Origin: Amoebophrya sp. A120
Taxonomy: Eukaryota; Protista; Dinoflagellata
Length of the DNA: 64,000 nt
NCBI GenBank assembly: GCA_905178155.1
Contig: CAJINV010000014.1
Span: 1,691,984 to 1,755,983 of the forward strand
Direction of reading: 5' to 3'
Shown: piece after piece, positions 1-13,000 of the stretch
How the letters are laid out: each line of letters begins with the position of its first letter
How positions within the stretch are numbered: the stretch's first letter is position 1
The notes under the pieces: model-generated
The model's database searches: none
Seen by the model: the letters and a program-made list of their open reading frames with translations, nothing else
What the model was told of the DNA's origin: nothing
Program-made: the position numbers and the translations under genes

Positions 1-1203
1 AGTCACACAACAACGAATATGTTTTTCCACAGAACAAGAGAACAACTACGCCTACTCCCAACACAGAATTCTTCTAACGTTTTTTCGTATATTGATATTC
101 GTAAAAGTTCATCCGCATGACCAGCACGCAGGACTACATGGTATGTATCAAAAGGCGAAGATTTAACGTATCGATCTTTGACGTCTCAAGGATGTTGACA
201 AAACTGCATGCAGAGTTCAGAGTCAACCTAAATTCCAGGCCGACGACGTTCATCCCCTGCGCCATGCAAGAGGATGACGATGAGGTTGAAGGCGGTGCCT
301 TTGGCAGGATCGCAACACTTGCTCTTCATAGAAGCAATCAATTTATATTTTTTCTTCATAGAAGCGATCTTCACCTGGTTTCGTTTCTAGCTACTCTTGT
401 TTTCTCTTACCGCATACTAAAAATAATCATCCTTATTTTCTGAGAAAAACAAATTAACAGGCTAAAACTAAGTACTTCCTGCAGCACTCAGCCCAGGTAC
501 AACCAGTAGAACAATCGAAGTCCAACAACAATTCTGCTTCTCGTCGTCGGTTCAATTTTTTCCAAAGAACAATGATACGCGGACGTGGCGCTGGCAAACC
601 GAAACCAATCAGCGAAGCTGGAAAATTTAATCTTCCACGACCTGGCATAATATCATCTACCTTTGTGCCAGGAATCTATGGCCCGCCTCTTGTTTTACAA
701 TCTATCATCTACTGCGGCATCTGTTTTATTAGTGCCCGTTGTGTCCCCTTGTTTTTCGTTTTCCAAAGAAAAAAAAAAGGGTGTGCTTTCTATTAAAGAT
801 GAAACGCTACTGGTGCGCTACGGTCTGCAGTTTCAAGTTCTGCAGCGTCCAATTGACAAAGAAATTTCCAATTGATATAATAGGAACATATATCACCACC
901 TCACAGTCAAAAGACTTCGCTTATTCGGGTGCGGCAAAATCGCATTCCATGACAATTTTCGTCGTCGTCTCTGTGTGCGTTTCGTAAAGTCAGCGTGAAG
1001 AAGACCGCAGGCAAGTGTAGATAAAGTCGGCTTCACCTAGGTTGCTGAAATTTGTCTATTGTGCGTCCACGTGTATGTGGACGGTAAAAATTACTTCGCT
1101 TTGTAAAATCAATGTCGCCTCCTGCAGAAGAAGTTCCTAAAATAAAATCGACTCTTTCTTTTTCCTCAACAGCAAAATTGTTGTCCAGAACATTAACAGG
1201 TAC

Positions 1204-2052
1204 TTAAACAACGGCACAGCTGCGGCTCTCCTCCGTGCAGCCCTGCCCCTGCTTGGAGCCCTCTACTACTTCTCGCGGCGTGGCAATGGAAAAGAGCTCC
1301 GGGCCCCCAGAGGTGCTGTGCCGTCGGGCAGCAGAAGACGAGGCCGAGGGAAAAGACGAGCCTTCATGGTTGTGATCTTCATTCGGTACTAGTAGATCAT
1401 GATGAGAAAGCTGCTGCTCCTGGGCCAGAGCCAAAGAGGTCGCGGTGCCAAGCAGCTCCGGCGCAACGTGCTGGTGCTGGGTGTGGTCTCGCTGCGCTTC
1501 CTGTGCTGCAAAGGCAAGGCAGCTGGTGCTTCCGATCAGAGCAGGGGCAGACGCACGTGTAGTAGTTTCTGTTCCTGCTTCGCATTCTGTTCCACGTCGC
1601 GTTTGGTCTGCATCTAGTACTGTAAGTGCTTCGGAAGGCGACGGAGCAGACCGACCGGCCACAAGCGACGATTTGGGATTATCATTTCCAAAGGTCGTTG
1701 TGCTTGTGGCCTTGAGAACCAGCTTTGCTTCGGCTATACCGGGGCCGCCGCTGATGATCAAAAGACCAAACGCGGCAACCACTGCGGCCGCATGACGCGA
1801 GCAGATATGCGAAGAGCTGGCGATTGTCTTCAACCCTCTGCGATGACCGGTGAAAGTAAGCGCAGCCATCTTGCAATGTGGGGTGGCTCCTGTTACGGAG
1901 GCTCCTACCACTAGAGTAGATCGACTTGTTCTCGCTTTGTTTCGCACTTGCCAAAAGGAAAAGAACCGCTTGATTTTGTTGATGCCCCGAGCAGGAGGTT
2001 GCCCAAGTGAGACGAGGATGTGTTGCGAATAAACTCGTCGTCGAGGATCCAC
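1204..2052 (-). CDS. Probable 5' exon(s) of a hypothetical secreted/membrane protein; gene probably continues toward position 1
   Basis: 282-aa ORF with a hydrophobic stretch (AAAVVAAFGLLIISGG), on the same strand as neighbours; downstream exons not resolved. Confidence 0.5.
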   Translation of the reverse strand: MDPRRRVYSQHILVSLGQPPARGINKIKRFFSFWQVRNKARTSRSTLVVGASVTGATPHCKMAALTFTGHRRGLKTIASSSHICSRHAAAVVAAFGLLIISGGPGIAEAKLVLKATSTTTFGNDNPKSSLVAGRSAPSPSEALTVLDADQTRRGTECEAGTETTTRASAPALIGSTSCLAFAAQEAQRDHTQHQHVAPELLGTATSLALAQEQQLSHHDLLVPNEDHNHEGSSFPSASSSAARRHSTSGGPELFSIATPREVVEGSKQGQGCTEESRSCAVV

Positions 2053-2618
2053 CCGAGGAGTAGAGCGCCTGGCTTCAGTCTTGACGTTGCACTCTGGACG
2101 GTGTACTACTAGTAGAAGTACTGCAAGTACGAAAAATCCTACTTTTGCAAATAATGTTGATCCTTCAAAAGATGAGAAACATCATCAAGATCATCTCGTT
2201 TATTTTTCCTCGTCTCGTGAGAAAAACGACAAAGCCAGGAGCGCCCGGGCCCCGATCCTTTTCGCAAAAAAAATCAAAAAAAGTAGGACGCGAAGTAAAT
2301 CTGTAACTGACAGTGAGACGATCTTCGCTGAAGATGACTCGTGATCTTTAAAAGATCACGAGTCATATTTGTTCCCCTGTGCGAACAGACACAACACAAA
2401 CAGGAGGGCGTGTGCACCAACCGTAGCCAAGAAAAGATGTTCGCGAAAAACTGCATTTTGAAGATTTGCGTTTATCTTCAGCATTTTCCAGAAAGCGAAG
2501 AAGTAGGGGCCAACTGTTTCATCGTGGATTTACGTTTGAGGTACTTAACGAGCACTGCCAGCCAAGACGAGCATCTTCACGCTAAGCGCGAGCGAAATTT
2601 CGTTCCATTTTTGCTCTG

Positions 2619-3266
2619 TCATTCGACCTTCATGCTCATGTTGCCTGCCGCTGCTTTCAGCTTCCGTTCTTGTTCCTGTTGGACCGCAGCCCGCAGAATC
2701 TGTTGCGCTGCGTAATCGAGGAAAAACGCAACCGCGGTTCCTGCCAGACCGACTAAAATCCTTCCCCCGATCACCGCTCGGATTTTTCTCTGCTCCAGTT
2801 CTAGCACTTCGTCGTCCAACTCCTCCATGATCATCTGTGGTTCCGTGCTTGTCTTCTCTGCTAATCCATGGTTTGCAGAGGAAGAGGACGACGTCAGAAA
2901 ACCAAAATAGCCAGTCAACTGCGCCGTCGCCGCTTTCGCGCACAAGTAGACGGCGGCCACCCCGATAGCCAAGCCGACGAGCATATAGGTCAACTGCTTC
3001 CAGATGGCAATCCTTCGCGACAGGGTGAGGAGCCGCGCATGTTGTTCGCGAATGCTTTTGTGTGCTGTACTGCCTTTATTTGCTGGTGTAGTTTTCGGTG
3101 CAGCTGCAGCTGCTCTCGTCTCTGCCGCCCCGTCGACGTCGTTGAATTCTTGTTGCAGTGCCCGTAGAACCAAGTTCTTGTCGTACTGACGCACGTAGTG
3201 GTAAAGAACGCAGAAGGTAACAAAGTAGAGTGCGACGAACTCCTTATGCTGTGCAAAAGTACTCAT
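2619..3266 (-). CDS. Hypothetical membrane protein (215 aa, 2-3 TM helices)
   Basis: ATG-initiated intact ORF with hydrophobic segments FVALYFVTFCVLY, LVGLAIGVAAVYL and ILVGLAGTAVAFFL. Confidence 0.7.
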   Translation of the reverse strand: MSTFAQHKEFVALYFVTFCVLYHYVRQYDKNLVLRALQQEFNDVDGAAETRAAAAAPKTTPANKGSTAHKSIREQHARLLTLSRRIAIWKQLTYMLVGLAIGVAAVYLCAKAATAQLTGYFGFLTSSSSSANHGLAEKTSTEPQMIMEELDDEVLELEQRKIRAVIGGRILVGLAGTAVAFFLDYAAQQILRAAVQQEQERKLKAAAGNMSMKVE

Positions 3267-3996
3267 ATCGCATTGGTGCCGGTGCTGGTGCCGATCAATT
3301 CAAATTATCATGCAAGAACGCAAATATAATCCTTCCCTGAATCTTCAGCAAGATAGAAGACATCAAATTAGTGGTGCTAATATGTATTTTCTATTGCTGC
3401 AGCAATTTGTTCCAATGATTTCAATATCAATTGATACAACTAGCACAATGATGCTGCTCAGCGTACTTTTGTATTGCATACTCCTGCCATTGAAACCATT
3501 CCTGGTACGCGCGACCGAATAACAGAGCGGTCGCATCCTTGTCAAACCAAGAAAGAAGTAGAGCATCAAGATCGTCGACAATCGTCGAGGAGAAACTGGG
3601 TGGTTCTTGCGCAATGGCGGACATCTTCTTGGAAATTTTGTTTTTATTGCTTGCTGATGTGTAGTTGCAGCCTGTGCCTGAAAACTTGCTTGTCGCTGCT
3701 CGGTAATGCTTACCGCTACTAGTTGGTTCGGATTTCTGATTTTCATTTTTCTACTCGCCTGCAGATCTCATCTTAGTGGATACGTCTGTGCTTTGATTTT
3801 CTGGCCGCTCCTCGCGAACCACTTCTAGTCCTAACTTGAAGCTTTGCTCTCAACGAACTGTCAGCTCTTCACGCGCCAGGACCAAACGAAAAACATCTCT
3901 ACTTCTGTGACAGCTATTCCTTCGGAGCGAGGAGTCACAGGCAACAAAGCCCCTGTCGCTGCCTTCAGCGCCGTCGCGGAAATATAAGTATCTACA

Positions 3997-6900
3997 CTAC
4001 AACGCTTCTCTTGGGCAAGCGATTTCATTTTTCCAAAAATGAAATACACCATTGCGTCCACCATCTTTATGCTTATCAGTACTGTCTTGGTCTCCTGCAG
4101 CAGGACTTTCTTCTGCTTTTACCTTCTGGAGGCACGATTGTTTCGTGTTCGAGCTCAACAAACCAGCGGCGAGGTCATTCTTCAACAACCTGTAGAAGTT
4201 TCTTTCCGGAATTTTTTCGACGACCTTCTCCCCATATTTTGCCTTCGCGTTGTCCACAGTATGCGTTAGAAATGCGTCTTCATCTGCTCGCGGTCTGGAA
4301 AGCTGTACTGAATGCAATTGCCGACTGCATCAAAACTGCGCAGCCAAGTTCCAGTATGGTAGGTTTTCATCCCCCGCCGCTTCCGGGGGCTCTGCCTCGG
4401 CAGCACCGCACCATAAAGATAGAAACTGAGTTTATTTTGCGTGACATGCGACTGCGAGCGGACAGTTGCTCTTCGTGGACTCGCAACAACTTCACAGAGC
4501 TCAGATTCCAATCAAGTGTACTAGACATCAATCAAAGGTACTCGATGCAGACTTCCAGACCTCGCAGATTTGGACACAAGAACATTTATTCCACTGCCTA
4601 CACGTCCACTTGGCGCAACAAGTGTATTGTCGGGTACGGTGCCCGGAGGACGTTATGAATCTGTCAGGATTGAAATCGTCAAAGTTGAAATGGTTTGTCA
4701 TGCATAAAATGCAAGGCATGAAGTGCCTGTCTTGCTGGGATGGCAAGTGAGGCAGATTGCGAGCCTATTTAGGGTTTGGGATAGAGCTGCTAAAGGAGCA
4801 TGACAAAAGCACCCTTCTGTGCCCAAACAGCATGACAAATTGGATTTCGGTACTCCACAAATTTGCCATGCGCAGCTTGGAAATTGGTCTTCCAAGAACT
4901 GGTATCCATTTTATGCATGGCAAATTATTTCAACTTTGTTGATTTCAAACCTGACGCTTCCATAGACGTAGTTCGGGCCGTAGTGGTCCTGGTCCTCGTC
5001 GTCAACGAAGGAAATCGTGTCTTCAGCATCTCCTCGTCCTGTCATGCGAGAGCACGACCCCCGCTCTCGGGAACTACTACTACACCTCCCGGTTTTATTG
5101 GTCGCAGTAGATGAGGAGTCTTGAATGAGGGAGCTGCCATCAAGTTTCTTCAACGAGGAGCCGAGTGCTGTGCTAGAAAAAGCAGCTTGGGCTTCGCGTT
5201 CTAGCAGTAGTTCCGCAGAAGCAGAAATATCCTGATTCAGCTGGAACGTGGCCATCTTTTGCTGCCGGGAAAAAAAGGGCGGCCTTCCCGCTATTGGTGG
5301 TGTTGTAGTCCTCCTTAAGAAGGTTCTCGTTGCAGTGGCCCCCGTGCCCTCTTCCTTCTCTTCTTGCTGTAGGTTATTCCTGCAGGAGCGCGAAGGCGCC
5401 ACTTCTTTTTCTAATGCGAGCCCACTGCCTCTGCCACAGGCCTCGCCCTGGTCCTCTCGTTGTATCCCTGGCCCACCATCATGCGCAGATGAAGGTGCTG
5501 CACGGCTGCGCTCTCGTGTCAGCACCGATCCTGCATCATGTCGAGAACAAGGAGGTCGACGCGGCCGACGGCAGCTTTTGCGTCCGTTCGACGAGTAGAA
5601 CCGCAGGACGTCAAGGTCACGCAAAGCAGAAGCTTTAGATTTAGTATTTTCAACACCAGCAGCTCGTTGATTTCCTCCTACCTCCACCCTGCTAGAAGCA
5701 AGCTCATCAAGAGTTTTCATTGCCTTGTAGTCCTCTCCATCAGCGGCCAGCAGAAGCCCCTCGCTGAGATCCAGCCCCGGTAACTGACCTCCGGCAGAAG
5801 TAGCTGCACCCCAGCTACAAGAAGCCTCATCCACGTGAAGATGCGGGTTGCTTTTTCTGCTAGGTTTGCTTCGCAGAAAAGCCTCTTCTTCGTTTGGACA
5901 GGATGGGTGGAGCACTTCTGCATTGCCGATCGAGCGAGTGCTCTTCATGTTGTGGCCTGCACTCGCAGTGGTCGTGTGCGGATTTTTTGTTTTCACCTCC
6001 TGGCTTTGGACCTTTTCCTCGACTTGCCGTGCCCGCGTCCAGTCGGCGTTTCCATGGCTGTAGACGTTGTCACCTCCTTTTCTACCACAGTCGAGCACAT
6101 AGTCCGCGCAGCTGTAGCCATTGTGCACCGCCTTCGGGTGAAACAGCACCAGTTGCACTGGCTTCTTGTTTCTTTCACTTTCGACGTCTGGAGGTGGAGG
6201 ACCCTTGCACGACGCAGAAGTGCCTGTCGTAGCGTTCGCGCGGCCGTTTCCAGTCGTGTACGTTGAATCACCGGCTGCAGAACGTGACTTCCCGTCTGCT
6301 CTGGCCGTCGAGAGTTGATTTAGCCCACGCCGGTCGTCCAAGAGCGCGACCATCTCCTCCACCTCCTCCTCAACGGCTTGCTCCAGGCACGACGCAGCAC
6401 GGTAGAAGTCGTAGTAGTCTTGGAGAAACTCAGCATTGGTCAGAACGATCAGGGTAGAGTGGAATAAATTCCTACCGCAGGCGGGGGACGGGGAGGATAC
6501 GGTGGAATTATCCCGTACTAGTAGTTCCTCTCGTCGTGATGTATAATCGTCAGCCAGAACTGCGCTCTTGTTACTTTCGAATTCGACAGGAGCCACGATA
6601 CCGCTGCTTGTCTGCTCCTCGAGGTGCAGCTTTTCACTCTCCTGTCCTCGAGGTGGTCCTCCCGGAAAATAAGATCCACGGCCGGCCGCGTTTTGGCCGA
6701 GTAGAGCACCACTATCTTCAAACAACTCCAACAGGCGCAGCTCTTGCTTCAGGAACTGACACAACTCAGCCACTGTGCTGCCGCCGAAAAGCGCGATCCG
6801 CAATTTCTGCCTGTCCACGAGAGGTTTGGCGAAGGGACAGATATTCTTCCCAATCACCCACTTTTCAACCCAGTTCCACGTGCGGCGGAGGGCAAGTTGA

Positions 6901-7424
6901 GAGGGCTCTTGGTGCACCAGCTGGGTGGCTAAGGAAGAGCCATGTAGTTTTTGATGTGGCGTAGGTGGAGACGAGATTCTTTGTGGTTCACCACTTGGCG
7001 GCCCAGCAACCTGGAGGTGCTCAGTTGGGCGCTCCTCTGCGACCACCTTCTCTGGCTCTGTTCCACCCAGTGGACTAAGGCGGCTCAGTTCCTCATCCTC
7101 AGCATGGAGACAAACTTTGGTACTAGAAAAACGTCGCGGCGGAAGATAAAACCCGCAGCTCTTCACGCTGCCTGGTGGATGGCGAACGCGACCAAGCTGG
7201 CGCGCTTCTATGCTCAATATGCACCGATATATTTTTGGTGTGCTAGTACTACGCACCACGACCGTGGCGCTCGCCGTTGCAAAAGAAACAAGAGTGCTTC
7301 GACAGTGATAGTTGTGAAAATTCTGAAATATTAAACCACGCAGGCTTGTCGTAAGATTTTTGCAATGGCTCAGCGCCATCCTGCTGCGATGCTGGAGGCC
7401 CGTGGTGCAGCTTGAGGTGGTCAT
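3997..7424 (-). CDS. DUF1415-domain protein with long low-complexity insertions (~921 aa after removing 2 elements)
   Basis: Motifs WVEKWVIGKNICPFA and QLVLFHP; after removal of 4654-4964 and 4260-4600 it reads NYVLRAPYPTIHLLRQVDVDNAK...IPERN, matching the DUF1415 consensus as recalled. Confidence 0.8.
4260..4600. mobile_element. Decayed TIR introner
   Basis: tatgcg...gccta ends; flanks CACAG/CACGT; removal of 346 nt joins RQVDV|DNAKAK in frame. Confidence 0.7.
4654..4964. mobile_element. TIR introner, family A (311 bp)
   Basis: ~58-bp imperfect TIR; perfect TSD GACGT; removal joins PNYV|LRAPYP. Confidence 0.95.
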
Positions 7425-8166
7425 GCTCAGCTACATTTATTTTCCCTTTCTTTGACACTTCGCCTTATTGCAAAAGAAGATTCACATCAAAACTGGCGGG
7501 TAATGGACGAATGGCCGGGGCCGGCGCTGGAGATACAGTTATGCTGGGGCGCACGAGGATAAAAAAATGCAATGTAGTTCGGAGAACAAAGGGGTACTTA
7601 AAGTCAAACGCTGGCTATACGAGCTGCTCATCTTGTGCTATGTCATGATCGGACGAGAGAGTAGCATTTACACAGAGGAGCGGTAAACACGCCCGGGATG
7701 AAGTAGAGGATAAAACACAGTAGAAGTCGTCAGCACGCCAAGTTCTTCACTCAACAATATATTGTTTTCACATCGTGTTGATGCCAAAGGCAACGTCATC
7801 AACTCTACTTCCGAAGGTTGTAGGATCCATCAAAGTTGTTCCTCGTTCTTTTTGTTGATAGTACATGAGCAGCTGCACCAGCACGCCGCGCGCTAGTTGT
7901 GACTATATCGGACCACCACGACGAAATGCAAGAGCAAGACACGAATAGATGATCATGGATCACTTTGTTCCTAATCGTTCATTCATGTTTCGCTTTTTAC
8001 TTCGCGGACTGTTCTTCAGCGGAACCTCAACCTTTCGACGATGTTGTAGCTGAAAAAGAACATCTACATAGACAGCACTTATGAGGACCAAGAACAATAG
8101 AGATCTGTGTCCGAAGGCGACCGTTACTGAATTCTTCTCGATAGTAGACGTCACTACCGAGAGAGA

Positions 8167-9736
8167 GCTCCATCGCTCTCGAGCAATGTCAACGTCGACA
8201 ACAAAAGATGAGCAGCGCCCTGCAGGTGTTGGACGGAGAGTACGAGGGGAACGAGAAGCACCCGCAGGAAAATTTCTGCGCCAGGCAGTCACTCCTCGAC
8301 ACGACGCGCGACATCATCGAGGCGACCGGTTTATGTGATGCAAAAAATCTCGCCTTCGTCAATACACGCACTCGCTCTTGCATGTTCTGTATTTTCATGT
8401 CCGACCGCCTTCTTCAGGAACAGCTCGCAGCGTGGCATCTGTTGTTGCTGAAGCGGCATTTGTAGATCAACCACATGCAAGAACGCGTGGTGTTTGCGAT
8501 GGGAGATTTTTTGCATGGTCCATGCGAAAAGTTCGAAAAGGTTCCGGAGGCGTGCCGGGTGGAATTCACCGCAAAGGAGGTCAACGGCAAGCAGGACGAT
8601 GAAGTTTTCTGGCAGCCGATGACAATCAGCTTGGGGGTCCGGGACTTTGACTGCTACGAAGAGGTTTTTGCAAAGGGCAAGAAGAACAGCAACTTGCAGT
8701 CGTCCTCTACTACTACTTCTTGACTTCCAAAACAGAAATCCGGAAACTCAAGCTCAGCTCGACCACGACCAAGAAGAGCGACAGCATCAGCACTTTGACC
8801 GTTCTGCTGTCCTTCGTCAAGGTGGGCGACGAAGATGAGGATGCGGGGGCAACTAAGACCAACAAGCGGATGAGTCAAAGCGACGCGCTGGCGATGTTCA
8901 AGAAGCAGAGGAGGGGGCGACTGAGGAGAAGACGCACAGGAAGTTTCTCAGTATTACTGACCTGCGCCTGGAGATTGAGACTCAGACTATACTTATTAGC
9001 GTTCGCGCTTCGTCCTTGCTCATTGATCTTTTAGTTAAATTTGAATTTCACCTTCACTAGACTTTCTACAATACCTACTGTTTCAAAAAAATTTACTTCT
9101 GGCCTCATGCTTTGTAGCACGTTAGATATTTTCGGAGCCCACCGCGGTTCGCTCCTATTCACAACTTTTATTGCAGATTACGCAACACAGATTGAAGCTT
9201 CTATTTCAGATCACGTATCTATGAACGTACTTGCAGCATCACAAACTGTTTCGCTTTATCCGCGCTCTTGATCGAGCTGTAGCTGGGCACTAATTTCGAT
9301 TCCGAAGCGATTAGAAAAAAAAACAGATCATGACCAACAAGAAACTACACAGGAAATTCCGTAGAATTTGAAAGCGACTTCAGCGCTGGGAGGAGAACCA
9401 ACTAGGGACAACGAGCAAAGTACTTTGAAAGCCAAACGAGCGGAAACATGAACGATTCCTGACGAAAAATGCACAACTGTAAAAGCAAAAAGCAACCTTG
9501 TATGTAGATAGTCCAATCAGTCCCGGGTCTGAAGAATATGCCGCAGTGATTCGCAATGGAGTTCGCAATTTGGGTTCGGTTTACGCGGTGCTGAATAAAT
9601 GTAACAGCTAGCCGATAAATGTAGCAGCTAGACAGAAAGAAAATGGTTCGTTTTGGTTCCGTTCTCCGTTCATAGAGAGAATGGCTATTTGGCTCCATCG
9701 CTCTCGAGCAATGTCAACGTCGACAACAAAAGATGA
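8167..9736 (+). repeat. Pair of identical 45-bp direct repeats (8167-8211 and 9692-9736)
   Basis: gctccatcgctctcgagcaatgtcaacgtcgacaacaaaagatga occurs twice. Confidence 0.9.
8208..8940 (+). pseudogene. Plus-strand coding-like fragment with an in-frame stop and a frameshift
   Basis: ORFs 8208-8465 and 8475-8723 share a frame across a TAG; 8720-9034 continues in a shifted frame; strong G/C at third codon positions. Confidence 0.5.
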
Positions 9737-10002
9737 ATATGCTACCACGTTCTCGCGGCTGTATTATTCGCTTCAAATATATTTTTGTCGTCCTGTAGTT
9801 GTACTTGTAACTACAAACAAGCGTCGAGATACGGTATCTGAATCTGGTGGCGGCGATCCACAAAGACGATGTGCTACTGATGGAATCTTATCTGATGAAC
9901 CAGAGAACTGGAGGAGGTCGCTGGGCTCCTGTAAGGGCCGCGTGTCACCAGTACGAGAATCATACTTAATTTATTGCACAGCGCACGGAAGCAGCAACAT
10001 CC

Positions 10003-13000
10003 TTATCGACCACCGCAATTTCCGGCACTCAGCCCGGCCGCGTCGCGAATGCCTGCGGGGCACATCAAGCATATGGAAGCGCTAGGTTAGTAGAAGTCCA
10101 CAAATAAGTAATTGGACAAACACAAATGATATACAACCTTCCCGAGGCACAGAGAAACTGTCTTGTGGAGCAGTCCGAAGTAAAGGCCGTCAGGTGAAGC
10201 CCGTACAAGGCGGGTACTTAGAAGTAGAAAGGACGTGTACCACGATACAAGAAGTCGTTTTTTGGCTTGGAGCACGCAAATCCATGACAAATTGGATTTG
10301 CGTGTATGAACGTGCAAAATGCAAAAGGGGTCAACCTAAACAGAGAAGCTTTTTCGTTGTTTGGGCAAAAAAGCTTTTCACTTTCGGGCGTATTTGCCGG
10401 CACCAGCTGCCCCTTCTCCGCGCGATATTGGATCGAGTTGCGCGTGTTAGGTTGCGCAAAAACAAGACTGGTTGTCGTGTTCCAGGTGGTCGCAGGCCTT
10501 GCGCAGTGCCACAGCTGGTGCGATCCTGCAGCGCGCATCTGCGTGTGGTGCGGGAACTTAAAGACGCAACTCGCTGGGCGGTTGGGATGACGCATCTCAC
10601 TCGTGGCGCGCCAGCTGTGCCTCTCAATCAAGTTAAGCGCGATGGCCACGGCAGTTGCATCAGCCTCCTGATCTGATTTTCGAAGCGCCCTCTCGCAGAG
10701 ACCGGCCAGCCCAATCTACCGCAAAGCAGCTCCAGCGAGCTCCCTTGCGGAGTTGCTCCGCGGGCTGCCGGGGAAATGTCCAGAGCTATTCTCGGACGCG
10801 AGCCAGAGTGCATCCACATGCGGAAAAGGGTTAATCCTGGCCCGGGGTTCGGACATCCCGGAGCTTGCCCGACACGATGTAGCAGAGGTCTCACCTCTCC
10901 CTTCCCCGTTCGCCGAAAGCCGCTCAATGAGAAGAATCTTCTCACTTTGGCGATTTTTTTGCCGGATTTTGCCAAAACTTCGCCAAATAAAATCCGGGTT
11001 TTTGGCGAAGTTTTGGCAAAACCCGGCAAAAAAATCCCCAAAGTCAGAAGCTTCTTCTCCTCGAGCGGCATTCGGCGAAGAAGGAAAGGAGGCGAGAAAT
11101 GTCGGCTCCAATGTGTCGCGCAAGCTCCGTGATCGGCGTGAGCCCCTGGCCAGGATAAGCGCCTTCCCACATGCGGATGCGACCTGTATTGTGTCCGGAG
11201 ATAATCCTGGACACTCTCAAGGAGCAATTTCGCGCGGGTGCTTTCTGGAATTGTTTTGCGGCAGACTGGGCGGCGCGGTCTCTGCGCATAGCATTTTCGA
11301 GTGTTAGCAAACGCTGGCGCGCCTCCAGCTGCCAGCTCCTTGAGAAACACAGTCGGCGCGCCTCGGCGGAGGTGTGTCACGCAAATCCATGACAAATTGG
11401 ATTTGCGTGCTCCAAAGATCATTTGATGTCCACACGCCCCGCTTAGAAATTAATTCGCGGTCCAACTGGATCGTGTTATGTGTTGCTTCTCCGTTCATTT
11501 GCAAATTTCCAACCCGACACTTCCATAGCGCACCACTCGTCTACTTCGCGTCGAAGATTGGTACACCGTTCCGCGTCAGGGTCTGCGAGTAAGCACGCTT
11601 CGTATGCATTGCAAGTATGTAGTTCGGGTCTAACAACTTTTGTCTTATACTAAAATGTCGATTTTTGCATGACCGACAAAGGCAGCGCCTTTTAGTCCTG
11701 TCGCACGAGGATAGTAGCGTGCGGCTTCTAGTCCGCACTACGTATTTCAGTATCAGATGAAAACGTTCGAAATTATAAAACTTGTCATGCTACTTCTTGG
11801 CTGCCGCTGCCCGCCTTCAAAAGAACTCAGAGTGTCTGAGTCTGACTGGTCCAAGCCCGGTCATCATTACAAGTTTCCAGTCCCGGACACATCTCCACTA
11901 GGTACTTCCTGCGCCGCCACGATGTTCGCACTTCCAAGGAGCACTGCTGCGCACCATATGCATTGCAAACATATTTTTTGGGGCTGGAAGTCCTCGCGCA
12001 AGACTAGTGTGAATAACACAAACTGTGACTCTACAAAAAATCACTGCAGAGGGGGGACGCGACGAGCTCTTCGTGGCCATGCATTACAGAGCTCTCCACA
12101 GTTGTCACACCAGGATGACAAAACATCTCGCGGCAATCTTCCAGACCGAGACACGTTTACTCCGGTTGATACGCCGTTGGTCCTTCAAAGTTGCTTTTCC
12201 AATCCAGGAAAAAACAACCATCCCCATCCATTTTTTGCATTACAAATAGTGGACTTTATGCATGTTTTGCATGACAAATTGGATGGGGATAGGTGTTTTT
12301 TCCTGGATATTTGCCCAAAAGTTTCCAAACCACGCATCCCGTTGAAAGGCATCCCCACTGGATGGTCGAACTGCAGGGAACTGCGCAATACAAATCTCGA
12401 AGATTTTCCTCCCTCGCTGTAGGTGTAGCGCAGGTTAGAAAGGACAAATGACGTCATGCTCATGTGCGATGTGCTATCTTCATATTCATCATTTCTGTAT
12501 ACTTACAACAATTTTTACACTCGCCAAAACGCGGCTAGAAGTGCCTGTGATGGGAATGTCATGTGTGTTGAAATTGTTCGTGTAAATGCAAATCTGCCTG
12601 ACGACTCTGGTGTGGGGGCCTCGTTTTTCATCAAGATACCATGCCATGGAGTTTTTGGAATTGGTGAAGTCCCTTCATCTAAATCAAAAATTCCCCCTCC
12701 GCATATTCCAAACGAATGCGACATACAATACCAAGGGACTACAGACAATAAATCCTAAAGATGAGCGTGGGTAAATCAGAATGTAAATGCTTAGGCATGG
12801 CGTCCTACTCCTAGCTTGGCAACTTGCTGTCCTTCGAGCCAAAGAGGATTTTTATAGGAATCGCCTGCATCCAGTAAATGCGGCGAAGACCACCTCAGAA
12901 GCCCCCTGTTTTCTTGAAAGACGGAGCTGATCATTTATTCTTGTGCACACAGATTACGCTCGGCAACACGATAAAGGACGCATATCAGTATGCCGAGCGG

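Noticed and set aside
10628-11422. 264-aa ORF in the foldback element as a transposase
   Set aside because: No recognisable DDE/HUH motif; mirrored peptides on both strands indicate a by-product of a GC-rich palindrome
11867-11904. Apparent stop codon ending the phosphatase gene at 11867
   Set aside because: It lies within element 11603-11904; the frame continues for two more exons
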